Shown: positions 28,001 through 36,054 of the stretch, piece after piece
Layout of the letters: every line of letters begins with the position of its first letter
How positions within the stretch are numbered: the first letter of the stretch is position 1
Assembly: GCA_964578865.1 (NCBI GenBank)
Contig: CAZOES010000002.1
Location: forward strand, 31,243-95,242
Source: an uncultured Gemmatimonadaceae bacterium
Lineage (GTDB): Bacteria > Gemmatimonadota > Gemmatimonadetes > Gemmatimonadales > GWC2-71-9
DNA: 64,000 nucleotides
Direction: 5' to 3'
Translations under genes and position numbers: made by a program
Notes under the pieces: model-generated
Databases searched by the model: none
Seen by the model: the letters and a program-made list of their open reading frames with translations, nothing else
What the model was told of the DNA's origin: nothing

Positions 28001-28030
28001 CCGTTGCTGGTCCGCGGATCTCGGAACTGA
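25025..28030 (+). CDS. RND efflux permease 2, degenerate proton-relay motifs
   Basis: 1001 aa; ATG overlaps the RND1 TGA; TM4 GILVQNGLVV, TM10 IGLAVNQSILL, TM11 DRVGMIVLITFTT. Confidence 0.9.
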   Translation: MITWATRRPAVVWATAVALILAGGLALSRLPIATKPYVELPRLTVSMSWPGASAELVETYLGSPIEAAIQSVRGIRKIGSESGEGYLSLDIELDPGTDVRLARLGVLERLELLREDFPAGSSDLQVSNYVPEGLDEEPLIGATVYGPYTAGALKQLVERQVQPRVNAVPGVAGVRSRGGAIVGVSVAYAPEKLRQLGIEPSVLSAALAQARVVEAIGVEQDGANQRQVVLRDTPDVIEQLGEIPIRGAGGRVHRLSDLATIRREEDNQDRFFRVNGEPAVMMQVARLPGADAIRTAREVRAVLEELRSGLPAGVRFQIMSDESVRLGDQLDDLGQRGAIAFAAVLLVLAIGLRAPRAVIMVLVSAVVAVAGTTLGLYLLKIPANLLTLAGLGMGVGILVQNGLVVVDRLRAVPDTPERRAEAGRKITPAVLGSTLTTAVVLFPFLYLQGDARAAFMPFAAAFSLALGWSIVTSVVMIPAFGVGKGSQKARWVGLRHFYLRLVIVLLRWRWATITATLLVLTGLGWVFVVKVPRSSFAGWYNQRTTLSARVDFPSGSDPASVDQSVRDLERIVVNRPGVDNVQAQGDADGGFVVVTFDDDAAYTAIPLQMQEEVTQRAVLIGGASVGVSGRGPGFYNGGGSGSLATFRVKILGYSFAGVEQLALDLKSRLEKIPRVKSVDINAAGFWFGREKSSDVTLVPNRSSLAGYGLDASQFAQAVTREVGGAAGRQRFTLGEEEVWLSLKTEGARTRTLDQLREARVPNTRNIPVRIGDLAGVDEREALSRISRENQQYVRVLSYEFRGPQKLANRTHEAFMKSISVPPGYTVSDEYFGWQDDESQKGLWLVFAIGLVLVVLTVAMVFDSVWGAAMVFLSLPIALAGVVAAFWFTHAAFTREAAVGVILVIGLAVNQSILLVDGVLQRRPDGTRAIRPSLIVASCRDRVGMIVLITFTTLASPLPLAVGTQAQDLFGAIALAVVGGTIAGTLGAMFLLPPLLVRGSRN

Positions 28031-28119
28031 GGGCGGAAGGGGCGGAAAGGGCGGAAGGGGCGGAAGACTAAGACTTCCGCCTTTTCCGCTTTTTCCGCCT
28101 CTTTCGCCTCTTCCGCCTT
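28031..28119. repeat. Tandem-nonamer inverted-arm element (GGCGGAAGG / CTTCCGCC)
   Basis: Four GGCGGAA(A/G)G units directly after TGA, 7-nt loop, five TTCCGCC-type units. Confidence 0.85.
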
Positions 28120-28143
28120 GTTGAATCCCCGCCCACTTGCTCA

Positions 28144-28165
28144 ACGTTCAATAGTGACTAAACGT
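28144..28165. promoter_or_regulatory. AT-rich candidate operator/promoter for the TolC-MFP-RND operon
   Basis: ACGTT-CAA-TAGTGACTA-AACGT (palindrome within a palindrome), 11 nt before the ATG; TTGCTC at 28137. Confidence 0.3.
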
Positions 28166-28176
28166 AAAGCCAAGGT

Positions 28177-29655
28177 ATGCAGAGCTTTCGGAGTATTCAT
28201 TCGATCGGGTTTTTAGTGATTCTGGCGGGAGCCTGTGCCCCATCCCTCCCGGGTCCTTCCGGTGCCAAGCCGGTCGCGGTTCGTCCCGACACGCTGTGGG
28301 CCCCTCCGCCGGGTTCACCCGAGAAGCAACCGCCGGTCACTACTCCGCGCGATCTTCCCGCGGGTATCGCCGAGCGGCGCACCGCCCTCACCCTCGAGGA
28401 TGTTATTGCGCTGGCGCTGGAATCCAGCCCGACCACTCGCGAGTCCTGGGCCAACGCCAAAGCGCAAGCCGCCGCCTATGGCGCGGCCCGCGGCGCGTGG
28501 TTCCCCACCATTCAGGGTTCGGCCACCGTGACCCGGCTCAAGACCGCCGCGATTCTGGGTCGTAACGCGGTAACTCAGTCGGTCTATCAGCCGAGTGCTT
28601 CCTTCACTTACCTGCTACTTGACCTCGGCGGGCGGAGTGGCGGCATTCGAGCCGAGCGAGAGGCATTGGTCGCCGCGAATTGGACCCACAACAGCACCCT
28701 GCAGAATGTGGTGGCCACTGCCGCCGCAGCGTATTTCGACTACACCGCCGCCAAAGCACTGCTCTCGGCCCAGGAAGCCACCGTGGCTCAGGCCGATACC
28801 AACCTTGCCGAGACGGAGGAACGTCGGAGGGTCGGTCTCGCCACCATCGCCGATGTGCTGCAGGCTCGTACCGCACTGGCTCAGGCCCGGCTCGACCTGC
28901 AGACCATCGAAGGCAATCTTTTCACCACTCGGGGCGCTCTCGCGGTGGCGACCGGCTTCCCGGCCAATCTCGAGTACGATGTCGATACCACCATCGTGGA
29001 ACGCGATGTGATGGTGCTGAGCGAGAACGTCGATACGTTGATCGCCGCGGCGCTGGCCGAGCGGCCCGATCTGGCTGCTGCCAATGCGGAGTACCAGGAA
29101 GCCCGAGCCCGCATTTCGGTGGCCCGGGCCCAGCGGCTTCCTTCTATTACTACGAACGGCAACGCCGGCTATACCAAGGTGGCCGGCCAGCCGGGCAGCT
29201 GGGCTAATTCCTACACCCTGACGCTCGGGCTGCAGATTCCGCTGTTCAACGGCTTTACCTGGGAATACAACCAGCAGCAGGCCAAGGCCGATGCCGAAGC
29301 TGCGCTGGCTCGGGCGGCCGGACTGCGGCAGCAAGTGGTCTTCGAGGTGTTCCGTTCCTACTACGCTCTTCGGACCGCAACCGCCCGGGTGGGGAATGCA
29401 GAGGAACTGCTCAAGTCGGCCAGCCAATCGGCCGAAGCAGCCCGAGGCCGATATCAGGGCGGAGTGGGCACTTTGCTGGAATTGTTGACCGCCGAGACTG
29501 CGCTGGCCGGTGCCAGGGCTCAGCGGATCCAGGCGCGGCTCGGCTGGCAGGCCGCCCTGGTGCAGCTCACTCGTGATGCCGGACTACTGGATCTCTCGGG
29601 CCAGAGCTCGCTCAAGCTGGTCCCGGCAGAGTCTTCTAACGATTCATTGCCATGA
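28177..29655 (+). CDS. TolC-family outer-membrane efflux factor, lipoprotein
   Basis: Lipobox AGAC; LTLEDVIALALESSP, ERRRVGLATIADVLQA, RPDLAAA, RYQGGVGTLLELLTA. Confidence 0.92.
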   Translation: MQSFRSIHSIGFLVILAGACAPSLPGPSGAKPVAVRPDTLWAPPPGSPEKQPPVTTPRDLPAGIAERRTALTLEDVIALALESSPTTRESWANAKAQAAAYGAARGAWFPTIQGSATVTRLKTAAILGRNAVTQSVYQPSASFTYLLLDLGGRSGGIRAEREALVAANWTHNSTLQNVVATAAAAYFDYTAAKALLSAQEATVAQADTNLAETEERRRVGLATIADVLQARTALAQARLDLQTIEGNLFTTRGALAVATGFPANLEYDVDTTIVERDVMVLSENVDTLIAAALAERPDLAAANAEYQEARARISVARAQRLPSITTNGNAGYTKVAGQPGSWANSYTLTLGLQIPLFNGFTWEYNQQQAKADAEAALARAAGLRQQVVFEVFRSYYALRTATARVGNAEELLKSASQSAEAARGRYQGGVGTLLELLTAETALAGARAQRIQARLGWQAALVQLTRDAGLLDLSGQSSLKLVPAESSNDSLP

Positions 29656-30776
29656 TGAAGCGGTCATTCGTTGGTACCTGGTTCCTGCTCGGCGTCACGC
29701 TGGCGGCATCGGCTTGCAAGAAGGACCCGCCCCATCGCGCTTCGGCGCCTAATGTGGTAGTGGGGCCGGTGGAGCGCAGAGATGTTCCAGTGGTGCTCCA
29801 GGCCACCGGCACCGTCGAACCGATTCAAACCGCCTCAGTGTCGGCCCAGGTCGACGGTGTGGTGGAGCGGGTCGCGTTCCGCGAAGGTGACGAGGTGTCC
29901 AAGGGTCAGGTGCTCTTTCAGATCGACTCGCGTCCCTACCAGGCTGCTCTCCAGGAAGCGGAGGCCACCCTCGCCGGAGATCTGGGCCAGCTCAAGTCGC
30001 TGCAGCGAGATCGGGACCGCTTCGAAGATCTGGCCAAGCGGGAGTTCGTGACTGCGCAGCAGCTGGATCAGGCCCGCAGCAGCGCCAATTCGGCGATCTC
30101 CCGGGTGCGGGGCGATTCGGCGCAGGTAGCGCGGGCCCGGCTGGATGTCGAACGGGCCACCATCCGGGCCCCAATCTCCGGGCGGGCCGGTGCGATACTA
30201 CTTAAGGAAGGGAATCTGGCCCGGGCCTCGAGCGGGGAGCCCATGGTCGTAATCAACCAGATCGCCCCGATCCTGGTGCGCTTCGCAGTGCCGGCCACGG
30301 AGCTGGGTGCGATTCGAGGCGCCGGCTCCGGTCTCCCGGTTATCGCAACTCCAGTTGGCGACACAACCCGGCCGGTCGGTGGGACTCTGGCCTTCGTGGA
30401 TAATGCGGTCGACTCGCTCACCGGTACCATACTGCTCAAGGCCACCTTCACTAACCGGGACCGGAATCTCTGGCCCGGTGGTCTGGTGCGAGTGGCGCTG
30501 ACGGTTGCCGTGGAGAAGGGCGCGCTGGTGGTTCCCGTGAGTGCGGTGCAGACCGGGCAGCAGGGTTCGTCGGTCTATGTGCTGGAAGACAGCAGCAGAG
30601 TCTCGCTGCGCAACGTGACGGTCGCCCGGACTACGGACAGCATAGCGGTGCTGTCGAAGGGCGTCACCGCGGGAGAAAAAGTTGTAACCATGGGTCAGGT
30701 GCGCATCACCGATGGTGCCACCGTACAGGTCGTCTCGGCGGAGCAGGGCACGGATAGCGCAGGAGGCAGTCCATGA
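29652..30776 (+). CDS. RND efflux adaptor, MdtA-like
   Basis: Lipobox ASAC; V.AQVDGVV..V.FREGDEV.KGQ.LFQID.RPY, IRAPISGR.G, VDNAVD..TGTI.LKA.F.N....LWPG. Confidence 0.92.
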   Translation: MMKRSFVGTWFLLGVTLAASACKKDPPHRASAPNVVVGPVERRDVPVVLQATGTVEPIQTASVSAQVDGVVERVAFREGDEVSKGQVLFQIDSRPYQAALQEAEATLAGDLGQLKSLQRDRDRFEDLAKREFVTAQQLDQARSSANSAISRVRGDSAQVARARLDVERATIRAPISGRAGAILLKEGNLARASSGEPMVVINQIAPILVRFAVPATELGAIRGAGSGLPVIATPVGDTTRPVGGTLAFVDNAVDSLTGTILLKATFTNRDRNLWPGGLVRVALTVAVEKGALVVPVSAVQTGQQGSSVYVLEDSSRVSLRNVTVARTTDSIAVLSKGVTAGEKVVTMGQVRITDGATVQVVSAEQGTDSAGGSP

Positions 30777-33700
30777 GTATCGGCGAACTCTTTATCAAGC
30801 GTCCGGTCATGACCACCCTGGTCATGGCCGGCATTCTTGTTTTCGGTCTGGCGGCGTACCGGAACCTTCCGGTCAGCGACCTGCCCAGTATCGACTACCC
30901 CACCATCTCGGTGAATGCCAGTCTCCCCGGTGCCAGCCCGGAGACCATGGCATCCTCGGTGGCTACGCCACTGGAAAAGCAGTTCTCGACCATTGCCGGC
31001 CTGGACGCGCTGACTTCGTCGAGCGGTCAGGGCAGTACCTCGATCACTCTGCAGTTCGCGCTGGACCGCAACATCGATGCGGCCGCGCAGGACGTACAGG
31101 CGGCGATTGCCCAGACTCTCCGGAGTCTGCCGCAGAACATGGTGCCGCCCTCCTACTCCAAGGTCGATCCTTCGTCTTCGCCGATCCTCTATTACGCGCT
31201 GACCACCGCCACTCTCCCGCTCTCGGCGCTGGATGAGTATGGCCAGACCACCATCGCCCAGCGACTGTCGACGGTAGAGGGTGTCGCCCAGGTGCAGGTC
31301 TACGGATCGCAGAAATACGCCGTGCGGATCCAGCTCGACCCCCAGGCCCTGGCGGCCCGGCGGATCGGTCTTAACGAAATCACCAGCGCAGTCTCGACCG
31401 GCAACGTGAATCTGCCGTCGGGGATTCTCTGGGGCACCGACCGGGCCTACGCGGTCCAGGCCGAAGGCCAGCTCACCGACGCTGCCTCGTTCCGGCCTCT
31501 CATTATCGCCTATCGGAATGGTGCGCCGGTACGGCTGCAGGATCTCGGCCGTGTGGTGGACAGCGTGCAGGACACCAAGACCGCGAGCTGGTTCAGCGGA
31601 ACCCGGGCGATCGTGCTCGCGGTTCAGCGGCAGCCGGGAACCAACACGGTGGAAGTGGCGGCCCGGGTCCGCAATGTCATCAGCCAGATCGAGAAGCAGC
31701 TGCCCCCGTCGGTCAAGGTAAACCGGCTGTACGACCGCTCGGAGACGATCGAAGAGTCGGTGCACGAGGTGAAGTTCACCCTCTACCTGACGCTCTGCCT
31801 GGTTGTGCTCACGATTTTCCTGTTTCTCCGCAATCTCTCGGCGACCGTTATTCCCAGTCTGGCCCTCCCGATGTCGCTGGTGGGGACCTTCGCCGTGATG
31901 TATACGCTGGGATACAGCCTGGACAATCTCTCCCTGATGGCGCTGACCCTCTCGGTCGGGTTCGTGGTAGACGACGCCATCGTGATGCTGGAGAACATCG
32001 TCCGACACATGGAGATGGGGAAGAAACCGATGGAGGCGGCGCTGGACGGGGCCCGCGAAATCGGCTTCACTATTCTCTCCATGACGCTCTCGCTGGTGGC
32101 GGTGTTCATTCCGCTGCTGTTCATGGGCGGTTTGATCGGGCGGCTGTTCCGCGAGTTTGCTGTCACCATCAGTGTTTCGATTCTGGTGTCAGGCTTCGTT
32201 TCGTTGACCCTGACCCCAATGCTGGGCAGCCGTTTTCTCCGGGCCGGTGCCCACGCCAGGCACGGCAAGTTTTATGAGGCCACCGAGCGGGTCTACAACG
32301 GAGCGTTGGCCGGCTATCTCAAGAGTCTCGATTGGGTCATGGCCCGGCGCGGTCTGGCGCTGGCTGTCTCCGGTTTGATTCTGATCGCGACCGTCTGGCT
32401 CGGCATGATCGTCCCCAAGGGGTTCATTCCCAGCGAGGATACCGCCCAGCTTCGCGGCACCACTGAGGCCATCGAAGGCACCAGCTGGGACCGGATGTTT
32501 GAGCTGCAGCAGACCGCTATGGCAATCGTGCAACGGGATCCCAACATCGAAGGCTTCATGTCGTCGGTGGGTGGTGGGCGTGGAAGCACCAACCAGGGCC
32601 GGTTCTTCATTCACCTGAAGCCCCAGGACGAGCGGTCCATGAGCGCCGATGAGGTGGCTCGATCGCTCTCCGGTAAACTGGCGGCGGTACCGGGTCTCAG
32701 GGTCTTCTTCTCCAATCCGCCCCCGATCTCCATCGGAGGCCGGCAGACCAAGAGTCTCTATCAGTACACCATCCAGGGTCCCGATATCGCCGAGCTGTAC
32801 AAGACGGCCGGTGAACTGGAGGTCAAGCTGCGCCAGTTGCCTCAGCTGCGCGACGTGACCACCGATCTTCAGATCAAGAATCCCGAGGTCAAGGTCACTA
32901 TCGACCGGGAGCGGGCCTCGGCCTACGGTCTTACGGTGCAGCAGGTCCAGCAGGCGCTGTACGATGCCTATGGGGCCCGGCAGGTCTCCACCATCTACAC
33001 CGCGACCAACCAGTACTGGGTGGTGATGGAACTGCTGCCGGCCTACCAGCGCGACCTCGGGGCACTGAGCCTGATTGGTTTGACCGGCAATGACGGTCAG
33101 CTGGTCCCGCTCACCGCGCTGGCCAAGATCGAACCGAGTGTCGGTCCGCTGAGCGTGAATCACTCAGGTCAGTTGCCCTCGGTGACCCTCTCGTTCGACG
33201 TGGCGGCCGGCGTTTCGATCGGCGAGGCGGTGAATGAAGTCGAGCGGGTAGCCGCCCCGATTCTGCCGGGAAGCGTGACGGCCGGCTTTGCCGGAACCGC
33301 CCAGGCCTTCCAGCAGTCGCAGCAGGGTCTGTTGCTGTTGCTGGTGCTCGCGATCGTGGTGATTTACCTGGTGCTGGGTATTCTCTACGAGAGCTTCATC
33401 CATCCGCTCACGATTCTCTCCGGTCTGCCCTTCGCTGGATTCGGGGCGTTGCTGACCCTGCTGATCTTCCGGGTCGACCTGAGCGTGTACGCGTTTGTGG
33501 GCATCATCATGCTGGTGGGCCTGGTCAAGAAGAACGCGATCATGATGCTGGACTTCGCCATCGAAGCCGAGCGCAAGGAAGGCAAGAACCCGCACGATGC
33601 GATTCTGGAGGCCAGCGCGGTGCGGTTCCGTCCCATCATGATGACCACCTTCGCCGCACTGCTTGGCACATTGCCGATCGCCCTGGCGACCGGGACGGGC

Positions 33701-33889
33701 GCCGAATCCCGGCGACCGCTCGGCCTCGCGGTGGTGGGCGGACTGCTGTTCTCCCAGCTGATCACCCTGTATGTCACCCCGGTGATCTACACCGCGCTCT
33801 CGGATCTGACCAAGCGCTGGGGCAAGTCTTCGGTGCCGGTGGGTGCACCTGCGCCGGCGGGGGCGCCGTTGTCGCCGGAGTCGAAGTAA
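30773..33889 (+). CDS. RND efflux permease, MdtB/MdtC-like, canonical proton relay
   Basis: FIKRPVMTTL, SVATPLEKQFSTIAG, GFVVDDAIVMLENI, GLVKKNAIMM, RFRPIMMTT. Confidence 0.95.
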   Translation: MSIGELFIKRPVMTTLVMAGILVFGLAAYRNLPVSDLPSIDYPTISVNASLPGASPETMASSVATPLEKQFSTIAGLDALTSSSGQGSTSITLQFALDRNIDAAAQDVQAAIAQTLRSLPQNMVPPSYSKVDPSSSPILYYALTTATLPLSALDEYGQTTIAQRLSTVEGVAQVQVYGSQKYAVRIQLDPQALAARRIGLNEITSAVSTGNVNLPSGILWGTDRAYAVQAEGQLTDAASFRPLIIAYRNGAPVRLQDLGRVVDSVQDTKTASWFSGTRAIVLAVQRQPGTNTVEVAARVRNVISQIEKQLPPSVKVNRLYDRSETIEESVHEVKFTLYLTLCLVVLTIFLFLRNLSATVIPSLALPMSLVGTFAVMYTLGYSLDNLSLMALTLSVGFVVDDAIVMLENIVRHMEMGKKPMEAALDGAREIGFTILSMTLSLVAVFIPLLFMGGLIGRLFREFAVTISVSILVSGFVSLTLTPMLGSRFLRAGAHARHGKFYEATERVYNGALAGYLKSLDWVMARRGLALAVSGLILIATVWLGMIVPKGFIPSEDTAQLRGTTEAIEGTSWDRMFELQQTAMAIVQRDPNIEGFMSSVGGGRGSTNQGRFFIHLKPQDERSMSADEVARSLSGKLAAVPGLRVFFSNPPPISIGGRQTKSLYQYTIQGPDIAELYKTAGELEVKLRQLPQLRDVTTDLQIKNPEVKVTIDRERASAYGLTVQQVQQALYDAYGARQVSTIYTATNQYWVVMELLPAYQRDLGALSLIGLTGNDGQLVPLTALAKIEPSVGPLSVNHSGQLPSVTLSFDVAAGVSIGEAVNEVERVAAPILPGSVTAGFAGTAQAFQQSQQGLLLLLVLAIVVIYLVLGILYESFIHPLTILSGLPFAGFGALLTLLIFRVDLSVYAFVGIIMLVGLVKKNAIMMLDFAIEAERKEGKNPHDAILEASAVRFRPIMMTTFAALLGTLPIALATGTGAESRRPLGLAVVGGLLFSQLITLYVTPVIYTALSDLTKRWGKSSVPVGAPAPAGAPLSPESK

Positions 33890-33894
33890 AAGCC

Positions 33895-33997
33895 CGTCCT
33901 CCCGACACCGAGCGCAGCGAGGTGGAGGGAGCTGGCCCGCATGCTTCGATGCATGCCAGGAAGCTCCCTTCGGTCGTTGCCCGACCTCGGGATGACG
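33895..33997. repeat. GTCATCC-type palindromic intergenic repeat (REP/MITE-like), copy 1
   Basis: CGTCCTCCCGA...GCGCAGCGAGG..GAGGGAGCT...AGCTCCCTT...TCGGGATGACG; terminal and internal inverted repeats. Confidence 0.7.
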
Positions 33998-34093
33998 TCG
34001 TCCCCCAGTTGCCGCCGTGTGATTCCCGCAGTACCATCCCGCCAGTCGGAGTAGCCAGTCCGGCCCGCCATCCCCCCAACGCCGGTTGTTCGT

Positions 34094-35074
34094 ATGCGCA
34101 GACTCATCGCTGCCGCACTCTCCTGCATTCTGCTCCTTTCGCTCGCCTCAACCGCCGAAGCTCAGCTCGGGGGCCTGAAGAAGAAGGTTGCCGACAAGGT
34201 CACCGGGAAGAAGGACACCGTCGCGGCCGCCTCGACCACCGGGAAGGCCAAGTGCGACAACTCCACGATGGTGATCACCAGTGATGTAGTGGATCGCTAC
34301 CTGAAGGGGCTGCGGGCTCAGGAGGCCGACCAGCGGAAGATCGCCAGGGAAAAGGGGCCGGTCGGCGAGTATTACGCCGCGTACTTCAAGCGGCAGGACA
34401 CCGAAAAGCGCAAAGAGGAGTTCGACCTTCGCCGGGGCAAGGATTGGGAGCGCTACAAGGTGCTCTACCCCAGGTTCGTGAAGGGAGATCAGGGCGCCCT
34501 GGCCGAGCAGCGGGCTCTGCAGGATTCCCTGGATCCCAACCAGGTCCAGGTCCCCACGGTCGACTGGTCGGAACAGAAGGCATACAACCAGCGGCGCGAC
34601 AGCGTGGCCTTGGCCGCGAGCGGCTTCTCCGAGTGCGACTGGGGAGCTCAGGGTCTGGGGGAGCGCATTCCGTTCATTATGCGGGCGCTGATGAATGACC
34701 CTAACACCCGGGACTTCGGGGGCTACGGGACTACGGCCGAGGCCGCCGTCGTCAAGGCTCGCCTGAACGAGCTGACTGACGCGATGGGGTGGACCGGTGG
34801 CCGGGTCGCTCGCACCAGAACCGATGCCGAGCTGGCCCATATCAAGGAAGAAGACGAGAAGCTGGTCCGGTTGTCCATGCTCACCGGGGATCCCTACACC
34901 GACTGCGCTACCAAGGTGCAGCAGGACTTCAACAAGGCGCACCAGGCGGAGATGGAGAAGGCGAGTAAGGCGCAGGACATGGCCGCCCTTCAGCGGATCA
35001 GCATGCTGATGATGCAGGAGACCGACAAGCAGTGCAAGAAATTCAAGAAAGACTCGAGCGACGACGACGATTGA
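34094..35074 (+). CDS. Secreted helical hypothetical protein
   Basis: Signal peptide ending AEA-Q; LGGLKKKVADKV; four Cys in the mature region; acidic tail; GC3-biased codons. Confidence 0.7.
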   Translation: MRRLIAAALSCILLLSLASTAEAQLGGLKKKVADKVTGKKDTVAAASTTGKAKCDNSTMVITSDVVDRYLKGLRAQEADQRKIAREKGPVGEYYAAYFKRQDTEKRKEEFDLRRGKDWERYKVLYPRFVKGDQGALAEQRALQDSLDPNQVQVPTVDWSEQKAYNQRRDSVALAASGFSECDWGAQGLGERIPFIMRALMNDPNTRDFGGYGTTAEAAVVKARLNELTDAMGWTGGRVARTRTDAELAHIKEEDEKLVRLSMLTGDPYTDCATKVQQDFNKAHQAEMEKASKAQDMAALQRISMLMMQETDKQCKKFKKDSSDDDD

Positions 35075-35964
35075 TGAACCGGGCTCACCTCGCGGCAATC
35101 ACAACGCTGCTGGTCGGTGGCGCTGCTGCCCCGACCGCTCCGATCACCTTTGCAACCGATCGGGGCCCGCTTCGGCTGCTCGACGCCGTTCCAGGTGAGT
35201 TGGCCCGCCGAACCAATTGGAAGCTGGGATCCGGTGGTCTGGAGTGGGCCGAGCTGCGGCTGCATGGCCGCGGTGAGGCCAGGCGTACCCGGGTAGTTGC
35301 CGCGCGGCTGGATCCCAGCCGATTCGAGCTCACTTTGCTCAACGGGATGGCCCCAGGCGGCTACTTGCGGATCTGGACCATCGATCAGGCGCCCAAAGAG
35401 GCTGCCTTCGCCATCAATGCCGGCATGTTCGAAAACGATGGGGTATGGGGCTGGGTGGTGCACGCAGGGAAGGAGTACCGCCCGCCCCGTCGTGGGCCGT
35501 TGGCCGCGGCACTGATCGTGGATTCAGCCGGGGCGGTCCGCCTGGTGGATGATGCGGAGGTCGAGCGGATTCGGGCCGGGGGAATGGGAGGGGTGAAAGA
35601 AGCTTTCCAGTCGTTCCCGGTTCTGCTCCGGGATCGTGAGCTGCCGGAAATGTTGCGGATCCCGGGTGCCGAAATCCGGCTCGAACATCGCGATGCCCGG
35701 CTGGCTGTCGGAGTGGATCAGCAGGGCAGTCTCATCGTCGCCCTCACCAGATTCGACGCTCTCGGTCCAAGCCTCGGCTCGGTGCCGTTCGGTCTTACTC
35801 TTCCCGAAATAGCTCTGGTCATGCGCGGGCTGGGCGCAGTCTCGGCCGTGGGTCTCGATGGCGGGGTGTCGGCCCAGATGCTGCTCCGCGACAGTACCGG
35901 CGGGGCACACCGCTGGGATGGATTGCGGGAAGTGCCGCTGGGGTTGAGTGCTACGCCAAGATGA
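35074..35964 (+). CDS. Phosphodiester glycosidase (NAGPA-like) family protein
   Basis: ATG 35074 overlaps the upstream TGA; AINAGMFE, RDARLAVGVD, VGLDGGVSAQM. Confidence 0.7.
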   Translation: MNRAHLAAITTLLVGGAAAPTAPITFATDRGPLRLLDAVPGELARRTNWKLGSGGLEWAELRLHGRGEARRTRVVAARLDPSRFELTLLNGMAPGGYLRIWTIDQAPKEAAFAINAGMFENDGVWGWVVHAGKEYRPPRRGPLAAALIVDSAGAVRLVDDAEVERIRAGGMGGVKEAFQSFPVLLRDRELPEMLRIPGAEIRLEHRDARLAVGVDQQGSLIVALTRFDALGPSLGSVPFGLTLPEIALVMRGLGAVSAVGLDGGVSAQMLLRDSTGGAHRWDGLREVPLGLSATPR

Positions 35965-35968
35965 AATA

Positions 35969-36045
35969 CGTGAGACGTGAAAGGTGAAATGTGAAAAGGG
36001 GCTCCGGCGCAAAGTCAGAGCCCTTTTCACTTTTCAGGTTTCACG
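35969..36045. repeat. Tandem-heptamer inverted-arm element (GTGAAAN / TTTTCAC)
   Basis: GTGAGAC GTGAAAG GTGAAAT GTGAAAA GGGGCTC ... GAGCCC TTTTCAC TTTTCAG GTTTCAC; between convergent genes. Confidence 0.85.
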
Positions 36046-36054
36046 CTTTTTCGA

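Noticed and set aside
30695-33595. Several long minus-strand ORFs over RND3
   Set aside because: Antisense shadows of a canonical RND gene.
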